Shown here piece after piece: positions 21,201 through 28,343 of a stretch of 60,797 nt of DNA. How positions within the stretch are numbered: the stretch's first letter is position 1; each line of letters opens with the position of its first letter. Below the pieces are notes generated by a model. That model was not told where the DNA came from. It did not search any database and worked only from the letters and a program-made list of their open reading frames with translations. This DNA comes from a virus. The stretch is taken from the IMG/VR virus record IMGVR_UViG_3300028549_000940, positions 1 through 60,797 of that record. One strand, written 5' to 3'. A program made the position numbers and the translations under genes.

Positions 21201-22214
21201 GAAGAGTATGATAAGGAAAACCCATACATCAGGGAAAACAACCTTATATTCAAGTCGGGCAAGAACCATGTTATGATACCACTCCCACACGGGTTTAGAA
21301 TGTTCTACGCGCTAGGGGTTATTATAAACGACTTGGAGCACGGAAAAGAAACTGTCAGCGGTGCCACCAGAAGAGGCATGTCGTCAGTAGTTAGCTCGTT
21401 CTCGCCTATTGACCCTGTTGGGTTAGTAGATAAAAAAGGAAGTTTATCTCTACGGCCTATAATTCCAACTACAATGATTCCAATATATGACATAGCTAAA
21501 AACGAAGATTTTGCCGGACGGAAGATACACAACGAGCCGTTTATGCTTTCTAAGGAAAATGTTCTTGCTGATAGAGGTCTTGGACTTAAAAATGTAAACC
21601 CGTTTTTACAGCAAGCATCTGACATATTGTTTGAACTAGGCGGTGGAGAATTAGATACCGGATTAAAGACAAAAATAGCTGACGGAAAAGAGTCTAGGAT
21701 AAAAGGAATATATGACCTTAACCCATCAGATGTTGAGCACATAATATCATTCTACACCGGAGGAAGAGGCCAGTTCTTTAACAACGTGATAAAGATGGGT
21801 AACTCTATTGTAGATCAATCAAAAGAGTATGCCAAGGACAAGGATTTGAAAAAAGCAGTTGACGGGTTGGATATAAACTCTATGCCAATACTTAGAAGGT
21901 TTTACAAAGAGCCTTGGGCCGGAAGCAACTACAAGGAATTTATCAAGATACGTGACGAAGTGGAGGCGTATAAAGCGACTCTCACGGAATACGAGAAGAT
22001 GATGGTAAACAACGTTCCTCGGTATATTGGCGCCATGACGGCTATGGACCTTCAGCAAAAGGCTATCATATACGAGTCATTCAATAAGAGTATTAAAGAA
22101 TTGAACGCGCAAGCCGATAACCTTATGGAATACTCCGACCCAAGCGCGATAATTGAGCAAAAAGACCAGCTAGTAAACCAGATGATAGAACAAGTTAACA
22201 ACCTGAAACGATGA
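9231..22214 (+). CDS. Giant multidomain (polyvalent-type) protein, 4327 aa, probably virion-packaged
   Basis: One uninterrupted 12,984-nt ORF. It contains hydrophobic segments, a P/E/V/K-rich spacer, a pyrophosphatase-like module, an EPSAGNG/NPPF methyltransferase module, an HVEEVQSDW region and C-terminal membrane helices. It overlaps the portal gene by ATGA. Confidence 0.9.
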   Translation: MPNDKLQQAASKFNQTIQGIHPELVIKNPESKEEWDNAIGSLKKSGINTSKIEGIYQLFGNGISEKVETPTPAEVKPPENMVDDLSTEEGKKRYYETHGAGTRLVEGVDAGFNQTTGGIRVGYGNVAKEMTGEAPLERVSRSIDLGRIPQGKTISEYESLLAKREEEFADLLKRRAAKYEFIRRDNKFSDNPTINTGEIAIPSNEWKENGAEIERQATDWDKRAGYDQKRYEISDLKEYIDLAKKEGVEGATKKAREAVKTVSWNDEVIAQGVKDIDVDAPKGTGLIYGVGVFSTQVVPVVASAAVAPFTAGTSLGWIPGAIGASTMGVLASGSAGQFMHEYDKYTSENNIEPDQGMKFGGAAAYFAFELIGEQMALDAALKKITSQYIKKSVIAGVPNKAMDLMQAYLEKNPAMAKKFIGAATDYIDNGVSEATSEVFTSLGQDLSYNISRDKEFQKGFKEVILDAYESAKGGFMMSGITSPMIKMGQHYQQKKGIRDNGITLVEDKVSGTPYQFMEANDDGSVLVMDKLGNEKKIPTENVGRIQQYDAKTYQELVQQHKEGKQITISNPGDILAQSNEQQMGNNFGKFADENGQMNMATDSQGNTLFITDIDEKTYGAVNAITGEKTTIAKTSVSSVGSENLGILSANSISQSLYTSGYLYGGQGKAVSIQEAVDDAISKGQTAETMAVTANEHMDMVAQAIQANDMAGAAENTIKANFYTNLAKELANITPKAEVVAGGTILFNGKQHNVISVNNGIAELEEVTEDGLGKSFDVPVEEIQQQIKPEVSELTVNPTVPEVAKTAQEPVLQEDLNTVNQEVAANIEPVPTEPKTYDIEVGKETVKAVQQDNGTFLLGKTYTKSELEKAGKLVEVLNKDYEDNGLSFEITPLPKQDPANPFEKPTFAIVAKPVIAKEEQVIPESVAEIPTPSKTEDNIPVSTQEEIKPVEAEVEPAAKETIPPIEEVAKESPKVDEVKPTKLDDTIKHLEVISEGEQVDKSPTEAQKEAGNYKKGHTVVQGFDITIENPEGSKRSGTDGGGNRWETTMHNTYGYFKRTKGKDGDQVDTFLGPNPETGKIYVVDQMDSNTGMFDEHKVMLGFNSEEQAKTAYLSNYSKGWSGLGAITEMGHDEFKGWLKDGDRTTVPASFNAEAERKATEHLEALKEPTIVPADPIVSHNNLVRQVKNYNGLTKYQRGTKANRRLFKTLSTLATRLEYGITQNTDGSLNVTKGGSKIRTITQKKTKEEINAHKLLTEYPQEFQDFANFIMGVDNLGYIDVDMDKKAVSQGIKNIKEGKKTVAANALLDELSAIYNLGEIHLSNNGEGTRVSLQEFRNLYSSEEKGAAEEQQSNELFEPTEEGEFVEDYNQTLLNAIADNSITKENVESFDWLLGEAMLNDIKTILYETEQGNNSSPSTGSEAGSAITGEKSDNAADRVDAGTKEVGSVEEPGLSEATGNQDGRDAANPEQVAEKGLTELQKSEIEAKTGELSRKIEAKRAELVAERGKLQAKKNELEGKKTTQTSLFGTEKPQFAGQLFDIPADFSQGSITRALKDLKSGITIKEKELTDLVTKRDEIVKSIVDSATAQQELDLSKEAIKEEKPTYQVPSSFTAQTISEFSDELDRGNINIDSFKKAFEVFLASKEAITQELSGKTKAELLSGMNAMGRYRYKNEKKDATVRAIYGSHLMTFSFGSLVYDFSKSTEEVVSEKVAKTTQADIDNHVSEVNKQIEDYKARVAEYKKALTNPETIAEFGIFIAKNGKDALSVEQKAAYDNLITDKVFDKRSAEAEKKAEVSKVEIGDTGMSLIETKHTKTGEPIFVVTLSNRVDSDTYKDLNAKAKKLGGYYSSFRGNGAIPGFTFKDKSQAENFMALKEGDVSTSSEEVKAEETKFKADKLRDAAQKMIEKADESLGRERLTNTYKRANEASRADANANEEKRIAETMVNIADAIDAGNVKLLNGVKAKTHIELLEMMVRTSKNQEIAAKYPNDRIKHKDDPATLETIEYLRFGYYPSIYGRAIVDIANKASRKSGLKQVAARWEKKLNSLSEYENYQVTSDREIDELTEMFNALPEKEKSYSQVGNSLANHKRLKAMGIENDSMLRAVLREYIQYRGKVKEANKVKELERAIVGRNVGFDFFPTPSSVAELMVNEAGITENMDVLEPSAGNGNIADAIKSSNIIPDVIELSSELSKILEAKGYPVVGSDFMSYNEKQYDRIVMNPPFSNGADGEHVIHAYELLKPGGRIVAIVGEGTFIRSDKKAVSFREWLDQVNGSEERLPQGTFSDKKLLNTTQANARMVVIDKPEASVQFRKTSPYYANAERALSSIEMSKATPEQWKAMILKGGAKETELRWMNWDDFAKDKKSITKEEVQQFIDGQKVVVEEVVKSQSKTITREEALKALDRGIEVYGIHQDGSEFLIENLDDLDRAEKLAFEEDLAPSETKYSQYTTPGGKNYKEVLLTLPNQTDGKIWKIKAGDNSTQVWSKEFTNESEYQSYIEGLKQDGIPFKTTVKGKDNPAFSSSHYDEKNIAAHIRLAEFTTKEGKRALHVEEVQSDWAQKGKKDGFKTKTEAQLYAELESKGIYRDKNSTMNTSFVDKDGSQIYHPNPNVKRSSTPEQDAAIDEFFKGLKSGDIPDMPFKQTDQWVGLGMKWALRYAAENGFDVVTWTTGEQQADRYDLSKKVDKIHYNKNNGILRVDGINGESIFNDYVEENGIQDIVGKEIADRIIAKSNDNKGEYVSISGDGLKIGGEGMKAFYDNIVPSWVNKYVKKWGAKAGATEIDTKPELTNDGINLDSGEINQPTNGKFTTVHSVEVTPSMTVSVMEGQPMFRASERVFADVTKERHHQQVSKAVNDLQEKAPNALPLRVVRNNKELSEAIKDLSKIEQEGIQEAINKGSTIFGFKSSKAVFIVSESMADENEAIHTWIHEQGGHLGIELLIPNEDKRNAFFEAAYESVGEEQFKKLLDEIDPTGEIYATYKKASKAEKGSEYLAFLAEKILNREQMTPDQYKFWSVIRQKILELINRVLTSLDKRATFTDRELALIVKAGASKLYEDKGRFETGNNTEQQEGANASNGSALRGDRGGILVVPEIQNTVSSPNLQAIHAERAYREFDPIATHKVAHDALLRSVPNSKLERLSFGHGTNVEFSNFDIKYAGTGTGEKIHGYGLYLSITANDPAVAVTYANKVAFTSAEVRKYAEGISEKYGHLAFKAFEKATYDTKRGKDLLTSLKDRYAETGKPYIKSVIDHVESNPIPFSKIVYFGQMEKPDGTPFHFIEWDTEFVYKDQWDAITNGLNREGHSVDEWLERLGEEALLDDGQLNGKQVYRSLAKLLAEKSDDSNGSPKNASEFLYRAGFDGTTYADKEMVDGKERYNVCSFSDKPIHITETVKFRKKDKTPAEMSRLDVQIRRFADKMIAQKNVEKEILRRGGRITDASNVSMQENLSSSIASEAMKKFNREMVKPYVETIVSVMQEGNLTQEDIEKYLIAKHTPERNKTFRDLGKEGDTFSGMDEKEALDRVKDVEGKVSGKLISKLWEKTNAITKFALDYDLACGRISKETHDRYTGPDNEWKHYVPLKGWEAETLDDADYVDTGSGSFTPTLKKAKGRTSASDTPIHYMISAAYSSIAAGEKNKVKAAAVRLATNNPDMTDIFHLKKVWMVKSGLKDENGKDIYLETTEKPSPEQFNQGLVKTKIDTRHEVGKPRDKSKQEEVTAYIKGEKYTVIYEPKYVAAANAINKVTGEKTAKANDVIQGTIGIFTRWLSANFTSKSPDFILPNFVRDVSFGFMSESLKEGKGLKFLENTRKGMATIHRAYANKLDPKNPIDVHYQNWLKNGGPTGFVHLGSLESIKSNINLEVKRLMKDNSLWDKTTQNRLFKKLGAMMDYAAIMSENASRFGVYLTSIEQGKSEAKAAHDGKEATVNFNTKGEWSGIIGGFFTFFNASVQGGKTFAKLGYENKGKMAIAGASFMALGYLVAAMNRFMDDDEEYDKENPYIRENNLIFKSGKNHVMIPLPHGFRMFYALGVIINDLEHGKETVSGATRRGMSSVVSSFSPIDPVGLVDKKGSLSLRPIIPTTMIPIYDIAKNEDFAGRKIHNEPFMLSKENVLADRGLGLKNVNPFLQQASDILFELGGGELDTGLKTKIADGKESRIKGIYDLNPSDVEHIISFYTGGRGQFFNNVIKMGNSIVDQSKEYAKDKDLKKAVDGLDINSMPILRRFYKEPWAGSNYKEFIKIRDEVEAYKATLTEYEKMMVNNVPRYIGAMTAMDLQQKAIIYESFNKSIKELNAQADNLMEYSDPSAIIEQKDQLVNQMIEQVNNLKR
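12230..12660 (+). other. Inorganic-pyrophosphatase-like module inside the giant protein
   Basis: GNYKKGHTVVQGFDITIENPEGSKRSG..YGYFKRTKGKDGDQVDTFLGP..DEHKVMLGF. DGDQVD resembles the family I PPase D-x-D-x-x-D signature. Confidence 0.45.
15630..16150 (+). other. AdoMet-dependent N6-adenine-type methyltransferase module inside the giant protein
   Basis: Motif I LEPSAGNGN (E codon at 15720) and motif IV NPPF (15894-15905) are both in frame and about 55 codons apart. Confidence 0.75.
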
Positions 22215-24133
22215 TAACGAACCCAACCGCCCAAGACTTCAAGAAGTTTAAGGATTCAGGAGCTCTACAACTCCCAAGATACTCGGAAGATAGCGCTGAT
22301 TTTAAGGTAGACCAAGCCCTTTTAATGGAGTGCATGAACCACTGGTCTAACCTAAGAGAGCTAAGAGAAAGAACCTCTAGGGCGCTGAGGTATGTCCGGG
22401 GCGACCAGTGGAAGGACTTTATTACCGACCCAAAAACCGGCAACCAGATTACCGAGGAGGACTACATTAAAGGTCAGGGAAAAATACCTTTAAAGCAGAA
22501 CCAAATTAGACAGCTGATGAACAACCGTATTGGTCAGTATCGGTCAAACCCAACAAAAAGCGTTGTGTTCACCCGAAGGAGAGAGGATGCGCCGGTTGCA
22601 GAAATGTTCTCCAACTCCTTAGAGTGCTCACTTCAATTAAACCAAGCCAAGCGGATTGATATAAGGAACTTCGAGCTGTTTCTTTCTTCCGGCACAGCAT
22701 TCTGGAAAACGGAGTATGACTACTGGGCAAATAGAAACATAGAGGACGTATTAATCACTACTCCTACTATATTCCGTATGTTCTTTAACACAGATATTGA
22801 GGATCACCGATATAGGGACTTGAGAATCATTGGAGAGCTGGTTGATTCCCCTATTGAAGAAATTATCAGGGCCTACGCAAAAACACCGGCACAGGAAAGA
22901 GCTATTAGGGCTATTTACAACCCTCAAATAAACCAGATACAGAATAACCAACTGCTAGCAAAAAGTAGGGCAAAGAACTTTCTCACCCCGGCTACCGGTA
23001 TGTGTAGAGTTATTCAGGTATGGTATCAAAAAGGTTCGTGGAAAACATACGTTCACGACACCATGGACGGCTCGTATAACATCGTTGAACAATCGGTGGA
23101 ACAGATTGGAATTTTAAACAGGCAGCGAATCGATGCCGCTGTTTCGATGGGGATAGAGGAAGCAAAAGTTCCATTAATGACCGCCGAAACGAAGTTCGAA
23201 CGGCAGTGGTATGTTAAGCACATGACTACCTCCGGCCACGTTTTATATGAAGCGTTAAGCCCATACGAGCACGAGGAACACCCATACACACTACTACTTT
23301 ACCCGTTGATGGATGGAGAAGTTTGGGGATGGGTTGAGGACATTATTGACCAACAACGGTATGTAAATAGGCTTATGACCATGATGAACATGATTATGAG
23401 CGATAAGGGGGCGCTGTTAATACCTTCGGATAGCATACCGGATGATATGTCTCCAAGTGATTTTGCCGACGAGTATGAAAGCTTGAACGGCATAATTGTT
23501 TACAAGCCAAATGCGAATAGAGTTGTTCCTCAGCACGTGCAAAACAACTCCACCGCTGCCGGTCTTGGGGAAATATTTACTATTCAAATGAACCTACTAA
23601 AGGAGATCGGGGGAACCGGAGGAGCAATCCAAGGTATAGCCCCATCGAGCGGAACACCCTCATCGAGGTATGCTATGGAGGCACAAAATTCCTCTATTAA
23701 CTCCATCGACACCAACCAAACATTTGCGGAGTCTATCAAGGAAAGGGACTTGAAGGTAATAAAATTACAGCGACAGTTCTACGACCAACCTAGACACCTA
23801 GCCATTAGCGGAAAGGTGGCCTCTGAGGATTCGAGAACCTACGACCCAAAATTAGCGAAGAATGTAGAGATTGACATGACCGTTGCTCAGTCCACTGATA
23901 CGCCGATGTTCAGAATGGAGGCTGACAATATGCTTATGGAAATGGTTAAATCGCAAATGATTGATACTAAATTGTTCCTAGAGCACTGCTCTTGGCCGTT
24001 CGCTGACAAGTTACTTGATGCCATGGAAAAGAGGGCACAAGACCCGAACGCGGCCATTCCTCCGGAGGTGAATCAGGTGGTAAACCAAAACCCGAAGGCG
24101 CAGCAGATGCTTTCGCAAGCGATAGGAAGATAA
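22211..24133 (+). CDS. Putative portal protein (640 aa)
   Basis: Size and position in the morphogenesis block. N-terminal ..LRYVRGDQWKDF.. resembles portal-family sequences. Followed by a strong terminator. Confidence 0.55.
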   Translation: MITNPTAQDFKKFKDSGALQLPRYSEDSADFKVDQALLMECMNHWSNLRELRERTSRALRYVRGDQWKDFITDPKTGNQITEEDYIKGQGKIPLKQNQIRQLMNNRIGQYRSNPTKSVVFTRRREDAPVAEMFSNSLECSLQLNQAKRIDIRNFELFLSSGTAFWKTEYDYWANRNIEDVLITTPTIFRMFFNTDIEDHRYRDLRIIGELVDSPIEEIIRAYAKTPAQERAIRAIYNPQINQIQNNQLLAKSRAKNFLTPATGMCRVIQVWYQKGSWKTYVHDTMDGSYNIVEQSVEQIGILNRQRIDAAVSMGIEEAKVPLMTAETKFERQWYVKHMTTSGHVLYEALSPYEHEEHPYTLLLYPLMDGEVWGWVEDIIDQQRYVNRLMTMMNMIMSDKGALLIPSDSIPDDMSPSDFADEYESLNGIIVYKPNANRVVPQHVQNNSTAAGLGEIFTIQMNLLKEIGGTGGAIQGIAPSSGTPSSRYAMEAQNSSINSIDTNQTFAESIKERDLKVIKLQRQFYDQPRHLAISGKVASEDSRTYDPKLAKNVEIDMTVAQSTDTPMFRMEADNMLMEMVKSQMIDTKLFLEHCSWPFADKLLDAMEKRAQDPNAAIPPEVNQVVNQNPKAQQMLSQAIGR

Positions 24134-24160
24134 AAAAAGCCCCATAGTTGGGGCTTTTTC
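24132..24160. terminator. Bidirectional rho-independent terminator
   Basis: AAAAAAAGCCCCA-tagt-TGGGGCTTTTT between convergent genes. Confidence 0.75.
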
Positions 24161-24180
24161 ATTGTCTATTGGATTATTAT

Positions 24181-24699
24181 TTATTCTGCCTCTTTAAATG
24201 TAAGGTAGTATTCCTTACCCGGCTTGAAAAACTCTGCAGCCGGTGTTTCGTTTGAAATTACCAAACTAACGGTTCCTGCCGGAGTCCATCGCGAAAATGA
24301 TTTATTCTCCTCGCATCCATCCGTTACGGCACCTAAATTCACATTTGTTTGCTCTCCATCGGTAGGGGTGGCACCATTGCATCTAAACTTTGCTAAGACT
24401 TCCACCATCCATGCTTTAGGGATTAGAGTATTTCCATCTTCAAATTCCTTTGCGGGGCAAAATGATTTGTGACCATCCTTGTAGGCTACATAGTAGCCTC
24501 CCGCTTGAGGTTTGTGTTTACTCATATACTCCCAGTCAACCTTAAAAGGAGCATAACCATCCTCTTCTGGGGTAATTACCGCGCTTCCGTCGGTTTCTCT
24601 ATTTTCACCTTCGCCATCTCTTACGATGGACTTAATCTTTAAAGCCCAAACTTGCTTGTGGCTTTGATACCTTGGCATTTCACATGTAACATCAATCAT
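24181..24699 (-). CDS. Hypothetical protein (172 aa)
   Basis: ATG ORF. Last gene of the leftward terminase operon. Confidence 0.55.
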   Translation of the reverse strand: MIDVTCEMPRYQSHKQVWALKIKSIVRDGEGENRETDGSAVITPEEDGYAPFKVDWEYMSKHKPQAGGYYVAYKDGHKSFCPAKEFEDGNTLIPKAWMVEVLAKFRCNGATPTDGEQTNVNLGAVTDGCEENKSFSRWTPAGTVSLVISNETPAAEFFKPGKEYYLTFKEAE

Positions 24700-24717
24700 T
24701 TTGTAATCCTCCTATTT

Positions 24718-24993
24718 TTAGTTAAACATCAAATCTGTTCTCTTTATATCGTCTTGCGTTTCCTTGTTGTGTTTGTCGTAGTGCAACTTTTCAAACTTAC
24801 CATGCCACTTTCCGTATTCGGTTTTTGTTCCGTCTATAAAAAACTGTGGGGCGCATTCACAGCAAAGCGGTTTTCCGTAGTAAGGCTTTAACTCTTCCGG
24901 CCATTTGTATCTTTTGGAAAAATGTTTGTCCCAATAAAACCCAAGTGCAGAGTTATCCACACATCCGCATTTTGAACATTTAAATAGTGGCAT
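24718..24993 (-). CDS. Zinc-ribbon protein (91 aa)
   Basis: CSKCGC ... CCECAP cysteine pairs. Confidence 0.5.
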   Translation of the reverse strand: MPLFKCSKCGCVDNSALGFYWDKHFSKRYKWPEELKPYYGKPLCCECAPQFFIDGTKTEYGKWHGKFEKLHYDKHNKETQDDIKRTDLMFN

Positions 24994-25009
24994 CGCTTCT
25001 GTTTTAAAT

Positions 25010-25210
25010 TTATCCGTTAGTTTTCTTTACAATATCTATTCTTGCGCTAAGCTCCATGGCGTAGTGCCAGCTCTCTACAGTTTGAATTGAGGTTCTGTAT
25101 AGCAACCCATTTGCATTTACCTGTATGGCCGTAACCATTCGCTCCTCTTGATGCGGATCGTGAGTAAGGAAAACAGGCTGTCCGAGTGAGAATTTATTAT
25201 CTATTTCCAT
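25010..25210 (-). CDS. Hypothetical protein (66 aa)
   Basis: Short ORF packed between its neighbours. Confidence 0.4.
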   Translation of the reverse strand: MEIDNKFSLGQPVFLTHDPHQEERMVTAIQVNANGLLYRTSIQTVESWHYAMELSARIDIVKKTNG

Positions 25211-25212
25211 AG

Positions 25213-25671
25213 CTATGCGTGACCAAGGATTTCTACTGGTTGTGCCATTTCTTCTTTATTAGGAGATACTATTTTAGTCGCACTGCTACCTATGGTCGGA
25301 GCGTATATACCTCCAAAGTTTACATCAATTGGAGTGTGCTCATTTGCCAGAACTGGATTAAGTTTTGGTATGTCAAACATTCCATTATATACTGGTGAGT
25401 CTAATTCATACATTGGATTGTGCTTGATTATTTCTTTTTTCAGAATATCCAACGGAGTATGCTTACCGGATAGGTTGGCTATTTTGGTCATTATGCCTTG
25501 ACTATTCCCGAACATTACGGAATCTTCCATACAAAGTATCATGACCCACCTATGCTGTGTTTGCGCCTTTAGGTATTCATCATCCCCAACTAAAGCAGCA
25601 ATATCCTCGCGTAAAGACTGTATTTCCTTTTTGTGCTTGTCGATTAACTTACGACAGGTTGCCTTTTTCAT
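25213..25671 (-). CDS. Hypothetical protein (152 aa)
   Basis: ATG ORF with no recognisable motif. Confidence 0.5.
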   Translation of the reverse strand: MKKATCRKLIDKHKKEIQSLREDIAALVGDDEYLKAQTQHRWVMILCMEDSVMFGNSQGIMTKIANLSGKHTPLDILKKEIIKHNPMYELDSPVYNGMFDIPKLNPVLANEHTPIDVNFGGIYAPTIGSSATKIVSPNKEEMAQPVEILGHA

Positions 25672-25725
25672 ATCCCAATTTTTAAGGTTTAAAAAATCCG
25701 GGGATATCGCACCCCGGAGAGCGGA

Positions 25726-26079
25726 CTAGGCAGCTGCTCTAAGCAGCGGCTGTGTCATTGAAATTGATTTGCCTGTTTGATGATATACGATGCTATCCCC
25801 TTGTATAAATTCAGTGCCATTGTCTATATCCGATAGCTTAAAAACCTTTGGTTGTCTAATTACTTCTTCGACCTTAGCTTCTACTTCACATAAAAACACA
25901 TACACGTCATACAGCTCGTTATCGCTTAGCTTGCTTAGTATTTCTGTATTCCAGAACCACCCGTTATTATCGGTGAAGTGTCCGCGTCCTGTTACTGACC
26001 AGTGCTCCATTTGATCGTAGCTTGGGATGCAACCTCTTACTAAGGTTACTAATCCGTTATGGTCTAGCTCTACTTTCAT
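25726..26079 (-). CDS. Hypothetical protein (117 aa)
   Basis: ATG ORF with no recognisable motif. Confidence 0.5.
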   Translation of the reverse strand: MKVELDHNGLVTLVRGCIPSYDQMEHWSVTGRGHFTDNNGWFWNTEILSKLSDNELYDVYVFLCEVEAKVEEVIRQPKVFKLSDIDNGTEFIQGDSIVYHQTGKSISMTQPLLRAAA

Positions 26080-26082
26080 GGC

Positions 26083-26382
26083 CTATCGTGTATGGTAAAT
26101 ACTCTCCTTTAAAAGGTCTACAATGGTGGCCTTTTTGTTCATCATTCCATTCCTCTTCAATAGCTCTACATCCTTAGCCAAACAGGCATGAAAGTTTCCG
26201 AATACATCCTCTAGGACGTAAACCCGCTTCCCTCCGTTGGCTTGTGATTTTAAGTTAGCCATCCGGATAGCTCTTTTGGACTTTATAGATTTTTTCCACA
26301 TCCGGAACAGGTCGCCGTAGTACTTGTGAGTTTTTGCGATCTGGAATAAAATTTCGAGTAGGAATCCGTTTTTAGTTTTCAT
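26083..26382 (-). CDS. Hypothetical basic protein (99 aa from ATG 26382; the ORF is open to 26481)
   Basis: In-frame ATG at 26382 lies 2 nt downstream of the terminase stop (26385-26387). The longer form would overlap terL by 97 nt. Confidence 0.5.
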   Translation of the reverse strand: MKTKNGFLLEILFQIAKTHKYYGDLFRMWKKSIKSKRAIRMANLKSQANGGKRVYVLEDVFGNFHACLAKDVELLKRNGMMNKKATIVDLLKESIYHTR

Positions 26383-26384
26383 GG

Positions 26385-28343
26385 CTATACAGTTGCTTCG
26401 TTTACAATTCGTTTTTTCATTGATCCTGGTGCTGACTTCTTGATTACCGCAGGAGGCTTCATGTAGGAGGTGGCCAGCCAATACCCCCCTGCCCTTGTCA
26501 TTAAAATATCGTCGTGCTCTCCATCTACCGCTCCGTAAGATCCGTTTGGCTTTATCTCGTAGTAGTCATACTCGTCACAGGCCTCAATCTCCCGCTCCAC
26601 AAAACCACCATCCCGAAGGGCACCGTTCAGCCCATCAATTAGCATCGTCTTTGTTGCTATGTTAGTATGAAAGCCATACTTTGCCGGTATCCCTTCTGCT
26701 ATTTTCTCTGGGTCGGTTCTGGTGAATAGGTTATCGTAGTGCTTGGCTATCTCGTCTAAAACGGTCATGCCGTGGCTACCCTCGTCTTGGGATTGGTTTA
26801 GTGAGTTTACCTCAATACCTAATAGCGCGTTATTATACCACTTAGCCACACGTGCGGCCACCCATGCGAAAAGGTCTTGATCTAGGTGTCCCCTCCAAGA
26901 CGCTACCACTTCTGGAACTCCTCCTTCGAGCATTGAGTATCGATCAAACACCGTTAAGGTTGAGTAGTCGGCTTTATCTGTTCGTCCTCCTATGTCGCCA
27001 AAAACGCAATACCTATTAGATATTAGCTCTTCTGTATCTGGTAAATCCCATACCTTTAGCGATCCCTTTGGCAGAGAACTAAATGTTATATTTTGTAATG
27101 CCTCTTTTCCTTTTTCTGAGCTGGCAAACAAATCACCCACAAAGGCAGGTTTACGGCAAGTCTTTCTCGCCTGAGAAACGTAGTAAGGACGGAATGCTCT
27201 TCTTCCGGTAGATTGAAACGCCTCATCTGCGCTGGAAGGGTATTCACTCTTCATAGACCAATCATCATACTGATCGTCGTCCTTTGTCTTTCTATACCAA
27301 GCGATACCCTCAAGGGTTGCCCCTTGCTCCCACAGATACCAATCGTATTCTTTGAAGGTGGAAACGAATTTGGGGTAATCGGTGATCGTGATTTGATACC
27401 GCTCAATCTCCCACCATGCTACAAAGATTGGATCGTAGGCAGATTTTCCAGATACAGCGGCTTGCCACTCCCTATGAAAGTAGTTACCTACGCCTTTTGC
27501 AGTAGACTCTTTTACCACCAAGGTATAGGGAAAGTCCGGGACGGTTGCGGCTAATGATTGAGCTAGGGCCTCCGCTGATCGAGTAGCTGTTGATTTCCAA
27601 AGGCCAACCTCTGACTCGTGCAGCATGGAGAAGTCGAACGATCTAAGAGAGTCCGGCTCTTGGGCCGAGCCTATACCTACAACGCACTCTCTTTCCAGGA
27701 TTACCCTGTTTTTTGAACTCCCTTCGTATGGACCAAACGTAAGCGGTCCAAGCGGGTATTCTTTAGCCATGTTCGTAAACATGCCCCGGATATTTCTGGC
27801 TTGACCTTCTACGTCGGCAACGATAGCAGAATGCCACCGCTTTTTAAGCCTTACCTGTATCCAAGCCATATACATTTGAACAAGGGTAGATCCACCCCAC
27901 TGTCTCGCCTTTAAGAGTATTGCCCGAATGGGGATACCAGCTAACCGCATTCTCTCTAGCCGAGCAAGTGTTTTGCGTTGCCCTCTATTTAATCTAAATG
28001 GGATTAGCTCTTTTGTTTGCTTGTCCTGAATCTTTACCGTAGTAAACGCCCAGAACTCAAAATCATGGTTCAGCCTTTCCTCTTGTAGCCCTGATAAAAA
28101 CTCCAGTTCGCTTCCTTGTTGCCCTATCGAATCCAGCGCATGCTTAATCGAACCGTGCTTAATAAGCAACTCAACCGCCGGAAGTTCAGCCATTGACTTA
28201 GGTAAATACAGGGTCGAACTATCGGTAATTGGAACCGCCACCCTTTCGATTGGCGAACCAAGACCGGTAATAGGATCGTAGGGGCTATACATTACAGCCC
28301 TGCGCCTATCGTTCTCCCTAATTACCTCAGTCGTGCTTGTCAT
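26385..28343 (-). CDS. terL: Terminase large subunit (652 aa)
   Basis: Walker-A-like ILLKARQWGGSTLVQ. C-terminal nuclease-like VFGDIGGRTDKADYSTLTVFDR. Size is typical. Confidence 0.85.
   Translation of the reverse strand: MTSTTEVIRENDRRRAVMYSPYDPITGLGSPIERVAVPITDSSTLYLPKSMAELPAVELLIKHGSIKHALDSIGQQGSELEFLSGLQEERLNHDFEFWAFTTVKIQDKQTKELIPFRLNRGQRKTLARLERMRLAGIPIRAILLKARQWGGSTLVQMYMAWIQVRLKKRWHSAIVADVEGQARNIRGMFTNMAKEYPLGPLTFGPYEGSSKNRVILERECVVGIGSAQEPDSLRSFDFSMLHESEVGLWKSTATRSAEALAQSLAATVPDFPYTLVVKESTAKGVGNYFHREWQAAVSGKSAYDPIFVAWWEIERYQITITDYPKFVSTFKEYDWYLWEQGATLEGIAWYRKTKDDDQYDDWSMKSEYPSSADEAFQSTGRRAFRPYYVSQARKTCRKPAFVGDLFASSEKGKEALQNITFSSLPKGSLKVWDLPDTEELISNRYCVFGDIGGRTDKADYSTLTVFDRYSMLEGGVPEVVASWRGHLDQDLFAWVAARVAKWYNNALLGIEVNSLNQSQDEGSHGMTVLDEIAKHYDNLFTRTDPEKIAEGIPAKYGFHTNIATKTMLIDGLNGALRDGGFVEREIEACDEYDYYEIKPNGSYGAVDGEHDDILMTRAGGYWLATSYMKPPAVIKKSAPGSMKKRIVNEATV

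Noticed and set aside
9596-21742. Many antisense or alternative-frame ORFs of 60-160 aa inside the giant gene, for example 19391..19873 and 21305..21742. Similar ones occur inside other long genes, for example 32244..32750, 36715..37134, 47069..47470, 50157..50588, 58524..58913 and 59493..59891.
   Set aside because: They are S/L/F-rich translations typical of the antisense frame of real genes. They have no motifs, and each is fully covered by a well-supported ORF on the other strand.
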